In this document: piece after piece, positions 23,235 through 34,943 of the stretch
Layout of the letters: each line of letters begins with the position of its first letter
Position numbering within the stretch: position 1 is the first letter of the stretch
Assembly: GCA_009602735.1 (NCBI GenBank)
Contig: WELA01001098.1
Location: 151,345 to 215,344 of the forward strand
Source of the DNA: Mesotaenium endlicherianum
Taxonomy: Eukaryota
Reading direction: 5' to 3'
Length of the DNA stretch: 64,000 nt
Notes under the pieces: generated by a model
Seen by the model: only the letters and a program-made list of their open reading frames with translations
What the model was told of the DNA's origin: nothing
Database searches by the model: none
Position numbers and translations under genes: made by a program

Positions 23235-24920
23235 ATGTACAGGATGGCTCCCACCACACAAAAGGAGGACAGAAAGCGCAAGGCAGAAGAAGCCAGGAGG
23301 ACAATGGAGCAATACCAGAAGGAGCTGGCGGCGACGTCCCTCACTAGGAGAGAACAAGAAAGGGTCCGCAGACAACAAGAGGCGGCAGAAGAAGCACAGA
23401 GGAAGAAGGATCAGGAAGCGGAAAACCTCAGGAAAGCTTTGGAGGCGAGACGGAAGAAACAACAAGAAGAAGCGGCAGCGGCAGAGGAGGAGAAAAGGAA
23501 AAAGATTGAAGCGGAGAAACAGAAGAGCTTGGCCACTTACAGGTATACTGTGGTGGGTGGCCAAAACTTTGATAACCTTAAGGAAGCATTGCTGGCAGCC
23601 CAGGAGATCAACAAGCGGGAACAGACAACACTGCTACAGAGGGAAGGAGCTGCAGCACTGGATAGGTACATCGAGACACACACTGGTGTGGTCCTTTACG
23701 AAGATTATGCTAAGATGGTGGGCAATACGGCAGAGCAGGCCCGGTACCTTGCAGATGATTCAGAAGACAAGCCGGTCACCATACCAGGAATAGTGGGAGA
23801 TCAGAGACTCATCCGGATGGTGAGCATGCGGCCCAATAGCTTTAAGGATACGGTATTCTACCTCACACTACTGCCAGCTTACAATGAAGTGGAAAGAAGG
23901 AGCTGGGAGTACTTGGCTAGGGAAGCAGGACAGCAGATGTTCTCTCCCCACTGGTTCCCGTGTAAACTGAGGAAGGCTGAGCACGGACCCCAGTACTACC
24001 AGCAGCCAACAGACTGGAGGTGGATGACCTTCACCAATAAGAAGCAGGAGTGTGATCGAGCCCAACCGGATGATTTCCACTATGGCCTAGACGGCTATCT
24101 CATCCTACCACCTTACATTGCCCCTTGGGATCCCAGGCTGAATGGATGCTTGAGCAATATGAATGCAGAGACCAAGGAGCATAGGAGGAGGGGAAGAGAC
24201 TACTTCTCTAAGGGAAAGCATGCCTTTGTCAAATGGGCAAAGAATGCAGGCCGGATAGATATCAGCAGGCTGAAAGCCAAGCAACCTCCAGCGCGCCCTA
24301 AGAAAGGGAGGTCGGTAGACTACTCCATGTCTACTAGGGAGCAGGACGACTTAGTGGACGAGACCCCTACTCTCTCCGAGGAGGAGGATGAGGAGGATGA
24401 GGAAGAAGAGCAAGGCAGAGGAGAAGCATCAGCAGCTGGTACTCAGGATACCCAGGGGCAGGCAGGGGCACGTTCTAAAGAACCACGAACAGGTGTTTGG
24501 AATGTAATCCCCGTTATGGAGGCAACTGGACCCCGCGCTCGCTCCCCCAGCCCACCTGCCCAAGCAGGGGAAGAAGCTGATCTGACTGTACTGGGCAGCA
24601 GACACAGGCAGAAATCCCCAGAGGACAGGGGTGCCAGAAGAGGGACACGCGGGTGGGCCAGAGGTATGCCAGCCTCCCCCTCCGCTCAGGGGCATGTACC
24701 TCTAGCCAATGTATTTCAGCATCCTACTGGAATGCCTGTCTATGTGGGAATCAACACCCAAGTGGTTGAAGAGCAGGCCACCATCCTCCGTTCTCCTCGA
24801 GGTCCAACTTTAGAGCAAACAGGGTTCTTTAGAAGGCCAGCTGACAGACCTAGAGGGCTGTCCAGATCCGGGTCCAGATCTCCGTCTCCTGATCCTGAAG
24901 CCCCAGGAACAACCCCTTAA
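23235..24920 (+). CDS. B2 extra sense ORF (561 aa, unknown function)
   Basis: Long open ORF between pol and PPT: charged coiled-coil-like N-terminus, aromatic-rich core, acidic and Arg/Ser/Pro-rich tail. Conserved at protein level in B1. Confidence 0.88.
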   Translation: MYRMAPTTQKEDRKRKAEEARRTMEQYQKELAATSLTRREQERVRRQQEAAEEAQRKKDQEAENLRKALEARRKKQQEEAAAAEEEKRKKIEAEKQKSLATYRYTVVGGQNFDNLKEALLAAQEINKREQTTLLQREGAAALDRYIETHTGVVLYEDYAKMVGNTAEQARYLADDSEDKPVTIPGIVGDQRLIRMVSMRPNSFKDTVFYLTLLPAYNEVERRSWEYLAREAGQQMFSPHWFPCKLRKAEHGPQYYQQPTDWRWMTFTNKKQECDRAQPDDFHYGLDGYLILPPYIAPWDPRLNGCLSNMNAETKEHRRRGRDYFSKGKHAFVKWAKNAGRIDISRLKAKQPPARPKKGRSVDYSMSTREQDDLVDETPTLSEEEDEEDEEEEQGRGEASAAGTQDTQGQAGARSKEPRTGVWNVIPVMEATGPRARSPSPPAQAGEEADLTVLGSRHRQKSPEDRGARRGTRGWARGMPASPSAQGHVPLANVFQHPTGMPVYVGINTQVVEEQATILRSPRGPTLEQTGFFRRPADRPRGLSRSGSRSPSPDPEAPGTTP

Positions 24921-25033
24921 GGTGACAGGCTGAAGAGGCTGTCAGTAAGGGAGGCTGGTCAGGTTCAATCACTTTAGTTAAAGCTTTGCAGTTTAATGTT
25001 GTCGAGGCGACAACAAGTTAAGTTGGAGGGATT

Positions 25034-25753
25034 TGCAATGAATCAGTATATTAGTAGATATAATGTTCAGTTAAATATGATAGTCAATTCAGTTCAGCCT
25101 GCTGAACACTAGTTAATAATCAGTCTGCTGGACTTATTATTTAATATCAGTTTAATGACTCAGCCGGAAGCAGCAGGCTGAAGTCCACTTAAGTCAGCTT
25201 GCTGACACATTCTTTGACAGCCAGCTGACTTCCGTACTCAGTAGCAGCGAACTGCCTGGATATGCATCTAAGTACGATATGCTAGATGAATGGCCAGATG
25301 ACATCCCTATGGTGGATGGCTATTCGGGATGATGGAAGATGGCGGTGAATTTGGTTAACCGAGGTCCTACCAACATGGTTAACTCCCGGGTAGGCGGTGC
25401 CATCGCACTGACCGTTGAACAGTAAACTCATTCCATGTACATATGCTAGGCATTGCTCTCAAGTTCGGCATTCAGAAACGAGGCCAACTCTCTTGTACAG
25501 CTTACTGAGAGAGATCTGAATCCAAGGCGAGAAGCCATTCATACGCACTGTCTTCTAACCTTGCTTATGTATGAGTTTACTGATTTGCATTATTGATGCT
25601 AGTTTACTCGCATTTGACTTACAAGTATTATTCACTGCTAGTGTGTTGTCCTTTGCCGTGTAACCAGTTAACGGAAATACCATAAAGATTACTTGCTGAT
25701 ATAAAGATCTTTATTAATTGTTAATCGCCTATTTGGTAAGACGATTCATTTCA
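25034..25753 (+). repeat. B2 3' LTR (720 bp), preceded by PPT AAGTTGGAGGGA
   Basis: Direct repeat of 16826-17545. Confidence 0.97.
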
Positions 25754-25758
25754 ACTTT

Positions 25759-28700
25759 TGACAGGTTGTCAGCAAACTCCTGAGTTAACTGGAGCAGCAA
25801 ACTTCTGGGAAATTGTAGGGAGACCGAATTGTCAATCCCTTCAAGGTGAGTTAAAGACTCCCCTAGGACATCTAAAGGAGACTTAGGGACTCTACCTAGG
25901 CTCAATTCAAAAGGAGTCTTGCCCGTTGACGCGTGCACCGCACTGTTGATCGCAAACTGGATTTGAGGCAACAGGTCATCCCAATTATCTTGTTTTTGGT
26001 TAATATATGCTCTCAGCACCTCTTGCAGAACTTGGTTAGTTCTTTTAGTCTTCCCATCAGTCTGAGGGTGATTTTCTGTGCTGAGCAGGTGTTTGACTCC
26101 CATTAACCCCATTAAAGCTCTCCAGAACTTAGAGGTAATTTTGAGTCTTTGTCTGAGATGATATTAGAAGGGAGCCCATGTTGGCATACTACATGGTTGT
26201 AGAACTGTCGCTGTTTTGAGTGCAATTACTTTGACAGTTGTGGGGATGAAAACGACCATTTTTGTTAATTTATCCACTACTACCAGGATCGAATCATGCC
26301 CATTGGCAGTTCTTAGTAGTGTTACCACCCAATCTATGGATATTGTTTCCCAGCGTCCAGCTGGTATGGGCAGTGGTTGTAAAAGACCCCCGGGTGGTGT
26401 GTGCCTAGACTTATTTCTCTGACACTGATCACAAGACTTCACATACTTCAAGACCTCTCGAGGCAATCCATCCCAATGATAATGTTTTGCCAGTATGCCA
26501 ACAGTTTTGGCCTGCCCCAAATGCCCACCCTGTGAACTGTCATGTGCTTGACTCAGTAAGAGGGACCTTATTTCCAAATTATTAGGAATGACCAGCTTTA
26601 GCCTGCCTGAAGTGATTTCAGTCACCCAAACCCCTCCCTTAAGCCTATACCCGAGTGCAGTAGCAGGACACACACCATCAGTGGGGCTGGGCTCAAATGT
26701 TGGGTCAGAAAGGTAGGCTTTCCTAAGTTGTTCAAGGAAGGACTTTTTCACCTTTAGTGAAGTGAGTGCACACAGGACTTTATCTACGGCATGCTGACTA
26801 AAGTTCCTTTCTTGCAAGTCAGGTCTTCTAGAGAGTGCATCAGCAGGATTTAACTTCCCTGGTTTGTAGTCAATCTGGACGTGGAACTGCTCCAGCATCT
26901 GGCTCCAGCGGTTCTCCCTCCGCGACAGCTTGGACTTCTTCTAAAAGTGAGTCAGAGCTAGATGATCTGTAATCACCTTAAAAGCTTTACCATGTAAGTA
27001 TGCTCTCCATCGGTTGAGCACATGAATGATAGCAAGCAGCTCTTTATCATGCACAGAAGAATTAATTTCAGCTGAGTTGAATTTCATAGACTCATACAGC
27101 ACAAGGTGCCACTCCTGCCGTACCTTACCATCCTTTGTGGTTTTGTCAGCAGGCTGCAACAAAATAGCACCCATGGCAAAGTCAGAAGCATCAGTAACCA
27201 CCTGCACAGGTTTGCTGGGGTCATACACGGCTAGCACTCGGGCAGAAAAAAGAGCATCTTTAAGGGTCTGGAAGGCAGCCTGCTGCTCTTCCCCCCACAC
27301 ATACCCTATGTCTTTCTTAGTAAGGTCAGTCAATTTACTGGCCTTTGTAGAATAATTTTCAATGAATCTTCTATAGTAGTTACCAACCCAAGGAAGGGTC
27401 TAACTTCAGAGACAGACTGTGGTACAGGCCAATCCCTTATAATCTGGACTTTCTTAGGATCCACACTGATGCCTTCTTCATTGACAACGTGGCCTAAAAA
27501 TTCAATACTTTCCTTGAAGAAATCACACTTGCTCATTTTAGCATATGACTGATTTCTTCTCAGAGTGTCCATGACTGTCCTTAAGTGTTCAACATGCTGA
27601 GCTTCATCTTTAGAGAAAATTAAAATATCATCCAGGAAGACTTGCACAAACTTATTCAAGAAAGGTCTTAAAATGTCATTCAAACCACCCATGAAGGTTG
27701 TAGGAGCATTAGTCAGTCCAAATGGCATCACGTTAAACTCATGGTGTCCATAACGTGTGCGGAAGGCAGTCTTATGCTCATCTCCCTCAGAAAATCTGAT
27801 TTGATAATAACCACTCTTGAGATCTATCTTACTGAACACTTTAGCACGGGACAGGGTATCAAGCAAGTCCTCGATTTTGGGTAAAGCATACTTGTTCTTT
27901 ACTGTAATTCTGTTAAGAGCTCTGTAATCAACACACATCCGCATACTCCCATCCTTTTTTTTAACGAACAGGATGGGTGCGCCATAAGGTGATTTACTGG
28001 GGGAAATATAACCATTTTCCTCAAACTCTGCGATCTGTGTTTTCAACTCTTCGCTCTCCACATAAGACAAGCCATAAGTGCGTTGCCAGGGTGGCTGACT
28101 CCCACGTAATAAATCAATCCTATGATCTACTTCCCTCTTAGGGGGTAGTCCTGGAGGCATATTAAAAACATCATTGTATAAGCAACGATTTTTGCAGCAG
28201 TAGGGTGCTCCGGAGGGCTTACCTTTTTCTCAACCACTTCTTCAGGGGAGGAGATACCTCTCTTAGCAGCAGACAGAACATTCTGTCTTCCTTCAGATCC
28301 CAGCTTTTGATGAACTCCATTGCATTCACCAATCTGCATCCTCCTGGAAGCCTCTTCTTTTCCTTCATTTGCCTTCCATAGAGGACAAGAGGAAGAGCAC
28401 TGGTGGGTGCCAAGTTAGTCTGCCCATCACTGGCTCCTCTCACTTTAACTGTACCTCTGCTCCAACACACTTCAGCTTGATGTCTATTAAGCCAGGACCT
28501 GCCTAGCACGAGATCATAAAAGCCAGCGTTGAGTACCTCAAATGTAAGCGTTTCAGTTTGAACTTCAATGCCAGAACCTAATCGGACCTCAATGGGCTTG
28601 GTTATAATTCTTCCCGGGATACTTGAGGCATCTCCAAGGAATATTTTCTATTCTCTTGGGTGACAGTAGGCAGCTTTAGCCGCTTAACTAAGTCCTTACG

Positions 28701-30520
28701 GATGAAAGTATGTGACGCCCCTCCGTCAACAAATGCTCTCACCTTCCTACCTGCAATCATGCAATGCAGTAGGATAGGGGGGACTGACTGTTGCTGACTT
28801 TGGCATTGTTCTCCTGATTTAGCAAAGAAATGTTGAATATCAAGTGGAATAAGATCATCCACAGTGTGCACTCTCTGGAGGTTTATATTGCTGATGGTCT
28901 CCTTTATCTCTTTGTTGGGCATGCATAGTGAATCCAGTTCAGCAGGACCCTTAATACCTGCTACGAGGGCAGCTAGTGACGACTCACTATCTCTAGCATC
29001 CTCACAGTCAGTAGACTGGATTAGTGACTCTTGCTGTCTTTTTAAGGCTGGTCTTTTCTCTCGACCTTTGGGAGGTGCTTGACTGGACACTGCTCTCTGT
29101 AGTGGCCCAACTGCTGGCAATGGAAGCAAACGGATTTTGCTGAGGCTGGTCTCGGCTTAGTCCTACCACCACCTCTTCCATAGCCACCTCAAGAGTAACC
29201 ACCTCTTCCCCTAGACTGTATAGCATTGTACTCATACTCATATTCATCACCCTGATTATCCTCAGCCTGGTCTCCTTCAACTGCATTGTAGGAACCGTGG
29301 GGCTTTTTGACAATCTTAGACACCAAAGCGTTACTCTGGCGCTTGTGATTGAACTTCTGTTGATCCCAGGCATCAGCGTCCTAGATCAAGTCCGCCAGTT
29401 TCTTACACTTCTTTTTAGGAAAATGACCAGAGACTTCGGATTTCAAGCCATACCTGAAGTATGCCATCCTATACCGCTCTGGCAAGTCTGGCTGCTTCAT
29501 CATGTTCTCCAGGAACTTTTGAGCAAACTCAGCAACTGAAGTGGTCTGCTTCAGTGTCAAGGAGATTATTGCATAGGTAGCTTTCTCCTGCTGATTGATG
29601 ACATCAAACTTCTCATGCAGTTTCTCAACAAACTCTACCCAAGTAGGGTCACCGAGTTGCTGAGCCTTACGCTCTTCTTTCCAATACAGCCACCAGTCTG
29701 CTGCACTGCCTTTTAGTAGAGCACCAGTGTGCCTGACCTTCTCGTAATCTTGCAGCTCTGGGTAGTTCTCCGNCGTAATCTTGCAGCTCTGGGTAGTTCT
29801 CCGACCACTGCTCAACATCAGCGAGAAACTTGATCAGGTAATATTTTTTGTTTCCCTCAGGATCATAGTCACGGGGAGGTTTTGGCTTACGCTTACTAGG
29901 CCCTCTGCCACCACCAGCAGTGGTTTGAGAACCCAGGTGGTCTCTGTCCCGCAGCAGAGACATTATGATTCTTTTGTCCTCCTGTTGGGACTGATACATG
30001 CTCGCCAATTGAGATTGCATTTGCACAAATAACGCTCCCAAATCCACACTCTGAGGTGGGAGTCTAGCAAATGCAGCAGTAGCAGTAGCAGTAGCATCCA
30101 CCCGCTGATCACTCTTGCTCCTGCAGCAGCAAAACCTGCCGCATGCAAGCGGTCACGAATTTGACCTAGAGGCACATTGAGTTGTACAGCAGGAGGTGGG
30201 TTCAGAACATTAGCCCTTGCTGCCATAAGTTCTTCGACAGTGCGCTCGTCCGCTGGCTGTCCTTCCCTCCGTTCTGTATTTTCAGCAGCTTTTGCTAATC
30301 GTTTGGCTTCTAGTCTGACTCTTTCCTCCTTAGCCTACTGTGCTGCGACTGCACCAATAGCAGCTGCCTCATGTGCAGCCTCTCTAGTTGTAGTATCTGC
30401 CACTGCTTCAGAATAGGTATGGGTTCCCGCTACATGGCTTTTAGCTTGATTTTTGACATTCTCGTTATCCTGGTTCTCCATGTCTTGGGAGTTGCTAGTT
30501 TGAGACCTTGTCCTTACCAT
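25759..30520 (-). pseudogene. pol: B1 gag-pol, fragmented
   Basis: ORF fragments are nearly identical in sequence to B2 Gag/Pol (MVRTRSQ, FVDGGAS, FLDD, TDASD, AHDSSQGGH), with many stops and frameshifts. Confidence 0.93.
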
Positions 30521-30554
30521 ACAAAGAAGGCTGTGATAACAGCTCCGATACCAC

Positions 30555-30713
30555 TGAAATGAATCGACTTACCAAATAGGCGATTAACAGTTAATGAAGA
30601 TCTTTATATCAGCAAGTAATCTTTATGGTATTTTTTGTTGATGGTTTAAACAGCAAAAGACAACTCACTAGCAGTGGACGATACTCGCAAGTCAAATGGA
30701 AGTAAACTAGCAT
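30555..30713 (-). repeat. B1 5' LTR, PBS-proximal part (resumes at 32096-32195 after the insertion)
   Basis: GCTCCGATACCA (PBS reverse complement, 30542-30553), then TGAAATGAATCGACTTACC... Confidence 0.9.
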
Positions 30714-32095
30714 TGTCATGAATTATTGAGTCGAAGTCGTTGCACGTACCCGAGCTACAAGCGTGTGAGCGATCAACCTCGAACGGGCACTTGCCTCTTT
30801 GCATTTGTGTGATTTAGTTTATTAAGTTGCTATGCTTGCATGCCTAGGGGATAGATGCCACGTGACAAGTCAACACTTGTCACGTGCGCCGGACCTACTA
30901 GACGCACCAGAGGTACGGGCCGAATACCCGTCCAAAACTGGACGGTGGCATTTGACTTTGTAATCATAGCCACTACAGGCCGTAGGGACCCAAGCGACAG
31001 CCCAAAGCAAAGGCAACAAGGGTCGAGGGGGCCACGTGGAGCCACCGGAAGGTGGCGGGCTTTTGCGCTTGGCCCAGGCTCACCCGGCAGCCAGCCCGAG
31101 CACTTAATTGTGCTCGGCGCCAAGCGACGGGAGCCACCGAGGCCACGTGGCGCCACCGGAAGGTGGCGGGCACCTTCAAGTGGCCCAGGGGCACTTAAAT
31201 GCCCGTCACTCGGGCCCAGGCACTCCTAAGTGCCCGACACCCAAGTGGCGAGGCCACCAAGGGCACCCAGGGCCACCGACCGACAGCTGCAGCCCGTCGG
31301 TTGGCCCATACGCACCCGACCAAGATGTGCTCAGCCGACAGGAACCGTCACAGCCTGCAAGAGTGTCACAGCTTAGCGGGCAACCGTTCGATTGCACAAA
31401 CATAAGTGTGCAAGCTTGTCTTACAAGCTTAGTATGTGCTAAAGTGAGCTCGACCTATCACAAGCATTTAGCATATTCTAGCATCTCGCTTTTGATTGGA
31501 TTGAGTAGTAACTAGCCTATTGGAGCGCTAACACGATAGGTATATGTGTGTGTATGCAAAGGTAGATCTTAGATGAAGACTACATGCATTGAATCCGCGC
31601 CTAACCCGCCGGGTGTCCAAGAGTATAAGTACTAGAGATGTCCCTAGAAAGACATCTTTTTAGAAGTCCCCATTATGCCAGTTGCAAGTCACAGAGATTA
31701 TCAGTAAAGCTTACGCTTTTGTCTCTTGTGTTTTCAGGACCACTTAGTCTCTCTCTTGTGAAGAGCAAGCCTTACTGGCTTCCAGTCACTAGAAGAACTT
31801 CACAAGTGGTGAGCAAAGTCACAGCTTATACCCCTGCCATAGGACTACTCTTGAAGATCATGATGTGCTTCCAGTGATCTTTTGGGCCAGACTTCATTAG
31901 TTGTTTTCCTACCAGATTACAGTCTTGAGGTGCTCACTCTGGAGAGTACACACTCCTTGATTGAAACATCCAGCACTTGCCTCCCTTTTTGGCTATAAAG
32001 CCCCATGTATTGTAGACTTCATTGCAGCAAAGCCTGCTTGCTTATTATGCATTGCTTGTGTCGATAGTACGCACCCGACCTCCTAGCGCACGATA
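30714..32095 (+). mobile_element. Family A-related non-coding insertion (solo LTR or deletion derivative, ~1.38 kb)
   Basis: TGTCATG...CACGATA flanked by duplicated (A)GCAT. Both the 5' terminus and ~31465-31958 match the element A upstream region. Confidence 0.85.
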
Positions 32096-32190
32096 GCATC
32101 AATAATGCAATCAGTAAACTTGTACATAAGCAAGGCTAGAAGACAGTGCATATCAACGGCTTCGAGAGTTGGTCTTGTTTCCGAATGCTG

Positions 32191-32458
32191 AACTCTCTTG
32201 TACAGGTTACTGAGAGACATCTTAATCCAAGGCAAGAAGCCATTGATACACACTGTCTTCTAGCCTTGCTTATGTATGAGTTTACTGATTGCATTATTGA
32301 TGCTAGTTTACTTGCATTTGACTTGCGAGTATTGTCCACTGCTAGTGTGTTGTCTTTTGCTGTTTAATCAACTAACAAAAAATACCATAGAGATTACTTG
32401 CTGATATAAAGATCTTCATTAATTGCTATTCGCTTATTTGGTAAGTCAATTCATTTCA
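32191..32458 (+). repeat. 3' part of a plus-oriented family B LTR, fused to the B1 5' LTR
   Basis: Matches 17277-17545 and ends ATTCATTTCA. Confidence 0.88.
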
Positions 32459-32739
32459 CATATGTACATTATTCTAGAAAAAGGTGGCAAGTTTTGGGAT
32501 GTGTTAGGTGCCAACACATTAACATGCACCTTCCTAGAAATTACTTACGTAGCAAGTATATAAACACGAGGTAGAGCATAGAAAGGCATTCGAGAATCAC
32601 AATTGTACTTGCAGAAATATAATAACTTTCAAGAAGCCACCTCTCTTTCAAGAAGCTACCAGTTGTGTTCAAAGATCCTTGTCTTGAATAGACAAAGAAT
32701 TCTATTTTACTAAGTACTTTATCTATCTGTTTCACTTCA
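32459..32739 (+). repeat. Family C LTR, 3' half
   Basis: Matches ~10093-10381 and ends TTTCACTTCA. Confidence 0.88.
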
Positions 32740-33910
32740 CTTGCATGTAACTACTCTACAAGGATCAAGGCATGTGTTTCCAGTGTTTTTTTGGGCCATA
32801 CCTCATTAGTTGTTCTCTTACCAGTTTACAGTTGTAATGAATCAGTATGTTGGTAGATATAATAGTCATTTATATATAATAGTTAATTAAGTCTAGTCGG
32901 CTGAACATTAGTTAACATTCAGTCTGCTGGAGTTTTATTTCTAATGACTCAGCCGAGGGCAGCAGGCTGAAGTCAGCTTAGGTCAGCTCGCTGATATATT
33001 ATTTGACAGCTAGCTGACTTCCGTACTCGATAGCAGCGAACTGCCTAATCATGCATCTAAGTGTGATATGCTAGATGAATGGCAAGATGACATCCCTATG
33101 ATGGATGGCGATTCGGGATGATGGGAGATGGCGGTGGATTTGGTTAACCGAGGTCCTACCAACGTGATTAACTCCCGGGTAGGCGGTGCCATCGCACTGG
33201 CCGTTGAACAGTAAACTCATTCCATGTACATATGCTAGGCATTGCTCTCGAGTTCGCAATTCGAAAACGAGGCCAACTCTTTTGTACAGCTTACTGAGAG
33301 ATATCCGAATCCAGGGCGACAAGCCATTGATGCTAATTGTCTTCTAACCTCGCTTATGTATGAGTTTATCGATTGCATGATTGATTCTTGTTTACTTGCA
33401 TTTGATATATGAGTAATATGTACTGCTAATACGTTGTCCTTGCTGTTTACTAAGTTAACAAGAAATACCATAAAGATTGCTTGCTGATATAAAGATCTTT
33501 TATTAATTTTTAATCACCTATTGGTAAGTCGATTCATTTAACAATCTTGAAGTACTCTTTCTGAATTGTTCACACTTCTTACTTCTAAATGATCTCTCTT
33601 TGCCGATAAGCATTTAGAATCTTCAGCATATGCCTACTTGTAGTGGGCGCTCTTATCAGCCTTATTACAAAGGGGTTAGTGGAGAAGACTCAGATTAAGA
33701 TCTTAGCACTATCACAGCTCAGTAATCCGCCTGAGGAGCAGCACCCTGTGCCCCCTTAGCCTGCGATCATCCTCGAGCCACCACTTCAGAGGACTCATAT
33801 TGATCCCTTGTACTCCATGGCAGGTGACCAAGATACAAAGGTAGACAAGACTTTCCTTTTCCGCTTCAGCGGTAGGCCAGGCACCTGCGATCTTGACAAT
33901 ACAATAAGTT
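32740..33910 (+). pseudogene. Old relic of a family A 5' leader and gag start, interrupted by a B solo LTR
   Basis: From 33630 it reads MPTCSGRSYQPYYKGVSGEDSD*...FRFSGRPGTCDLDNTI, versus A gag MPTRSGRAYQPHYKGVSGEDSD...FRFSDRPGTCDLDDTI. Confidence 0.85.
32833..33540 (+). mobile_element. Family B solo LTR (older)
   Basis: TGTAATGAATC...GATTCATTTA; TSD ACAGT/ACAAT (1 mismatch). Confidence 0.9.
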
Positions 33911-34943
33911 TGTGTAAGGCCATAGGATTGTAGATAGCATTTTTGTGGTCATTTTGATATAAAATTTGTCAAATTTGTTTAAATATTGAGAACGTTATGG
34001 ATTTCTGAAATTTAATCAGTCAAAAGGTTGGTCGACGACTGCCCTTAATTCATGGGGAGCGCGACCACTGGATGGACCGACAGCGTCGAGCGATTTGGGC
34101 CGTTAGAGTGAATTCGAACCTTCATGTAATTTCGGCTGATGCAGAGTGCCGACCAAGTCGATTTACCAAGAAGTTTCGGTTTAGCCTAGCGCGCTTAAGT
34201 TAGTATATTCTAAACATTTTGACGCATGTATGTGGACGTCAAATTGGCCCGACATGTTGGATGAGGTTGATCTGGCCTACTCACGAACATTCTGGAAGGG
34301 CTAATTAGACAAACACTTAGAAATTTTGTCGCTAAGCGGCCCTCCCTCCTAGGGGCGAGCGGTCGTCGTAGAAAACTATAAGTAGGCCTGACTTCTTTGT
34401 TTTTATATCAATTTTCAATTCTGTAAATTTTTACGAGCTTGTAATGACGAGCCTTTTATCCCATTCCCTTTCAAAAGCATTTTCTACTAAAAATGTTCAT
34501 TGTTTTTGCAAAGTTTTCTTAGTGATACGCCGCTACACTCTAGAGTATAATTGCAACCAGTTTGGTTATACATGAATCCCTGCGCTTCCACTAGAGCACT
34601 CTGTCCCTTTCAATTCAAGGCTGACTTTGAGAACCCGCTGTTGATCCCAAGCATCAGTATCTCAAGTTTGTCGCAATAGTTCAAAGAGACTAGGAGGAGA
34701 AAACCTATTGATGCGCTCAAAAACTTCGATATTGATTGAGTAAGACAAACACTACATCACGTAGTCTGTGTTGTATGTCTTTTTTAACTTATATGTAACA
34801 TTTTTATAAAACAATTTTCCTAAACCACCAACTGGTTTTTATATAGTTTTCTATATAACTAAATAGATATGTCAAAATAACTTCATGTATGTGTATCTAA
34901 AACTAGTCTGCTTGAAAATTGGTTGATATTCCATGTTGCTCCA

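Larger units (their letters stand above)
16826..25753 (+). mobile_element. Family B copy B2: full-length Ty3/gypsy chromovirus with extra ORF
   Basis: Two 720-bp TG...CA LTRs, TSD ACTTT (16821-16825, 25754-25758), PBS, PPT, gag, open pol and chromodomain. Confidence 0.97.
13368..32195 (-). mobile_element. Family B copy B1 (decayed), inserted into B0 and hosting B2; 5' LTR interrupted and truncated
   Basis: 3' LTR 13368-14090, PPT 14092-14104, extra ORF, pol split by B2, gag start 30520, PBS 30542-30553, 5' LTR from 30555. Confidence 0.9.

Noticed and set aside
23235..24920. env gene interpretation of the extra ORF
   Set aside because: No signal peptide or transmembrane segment is visible.
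29743..29803. 30-bp duplication in B1 gag
   Set aside because: It flanks a single N; assembly artefact.
12596..33322. Recurring ~88-aa ORF (..SKLYKRVGLV..) in several places
   Set aside because: It lies within family B LTRs, so recurrence reflects LTR copies. Starts are non-ATG and no coding evidence was seen.
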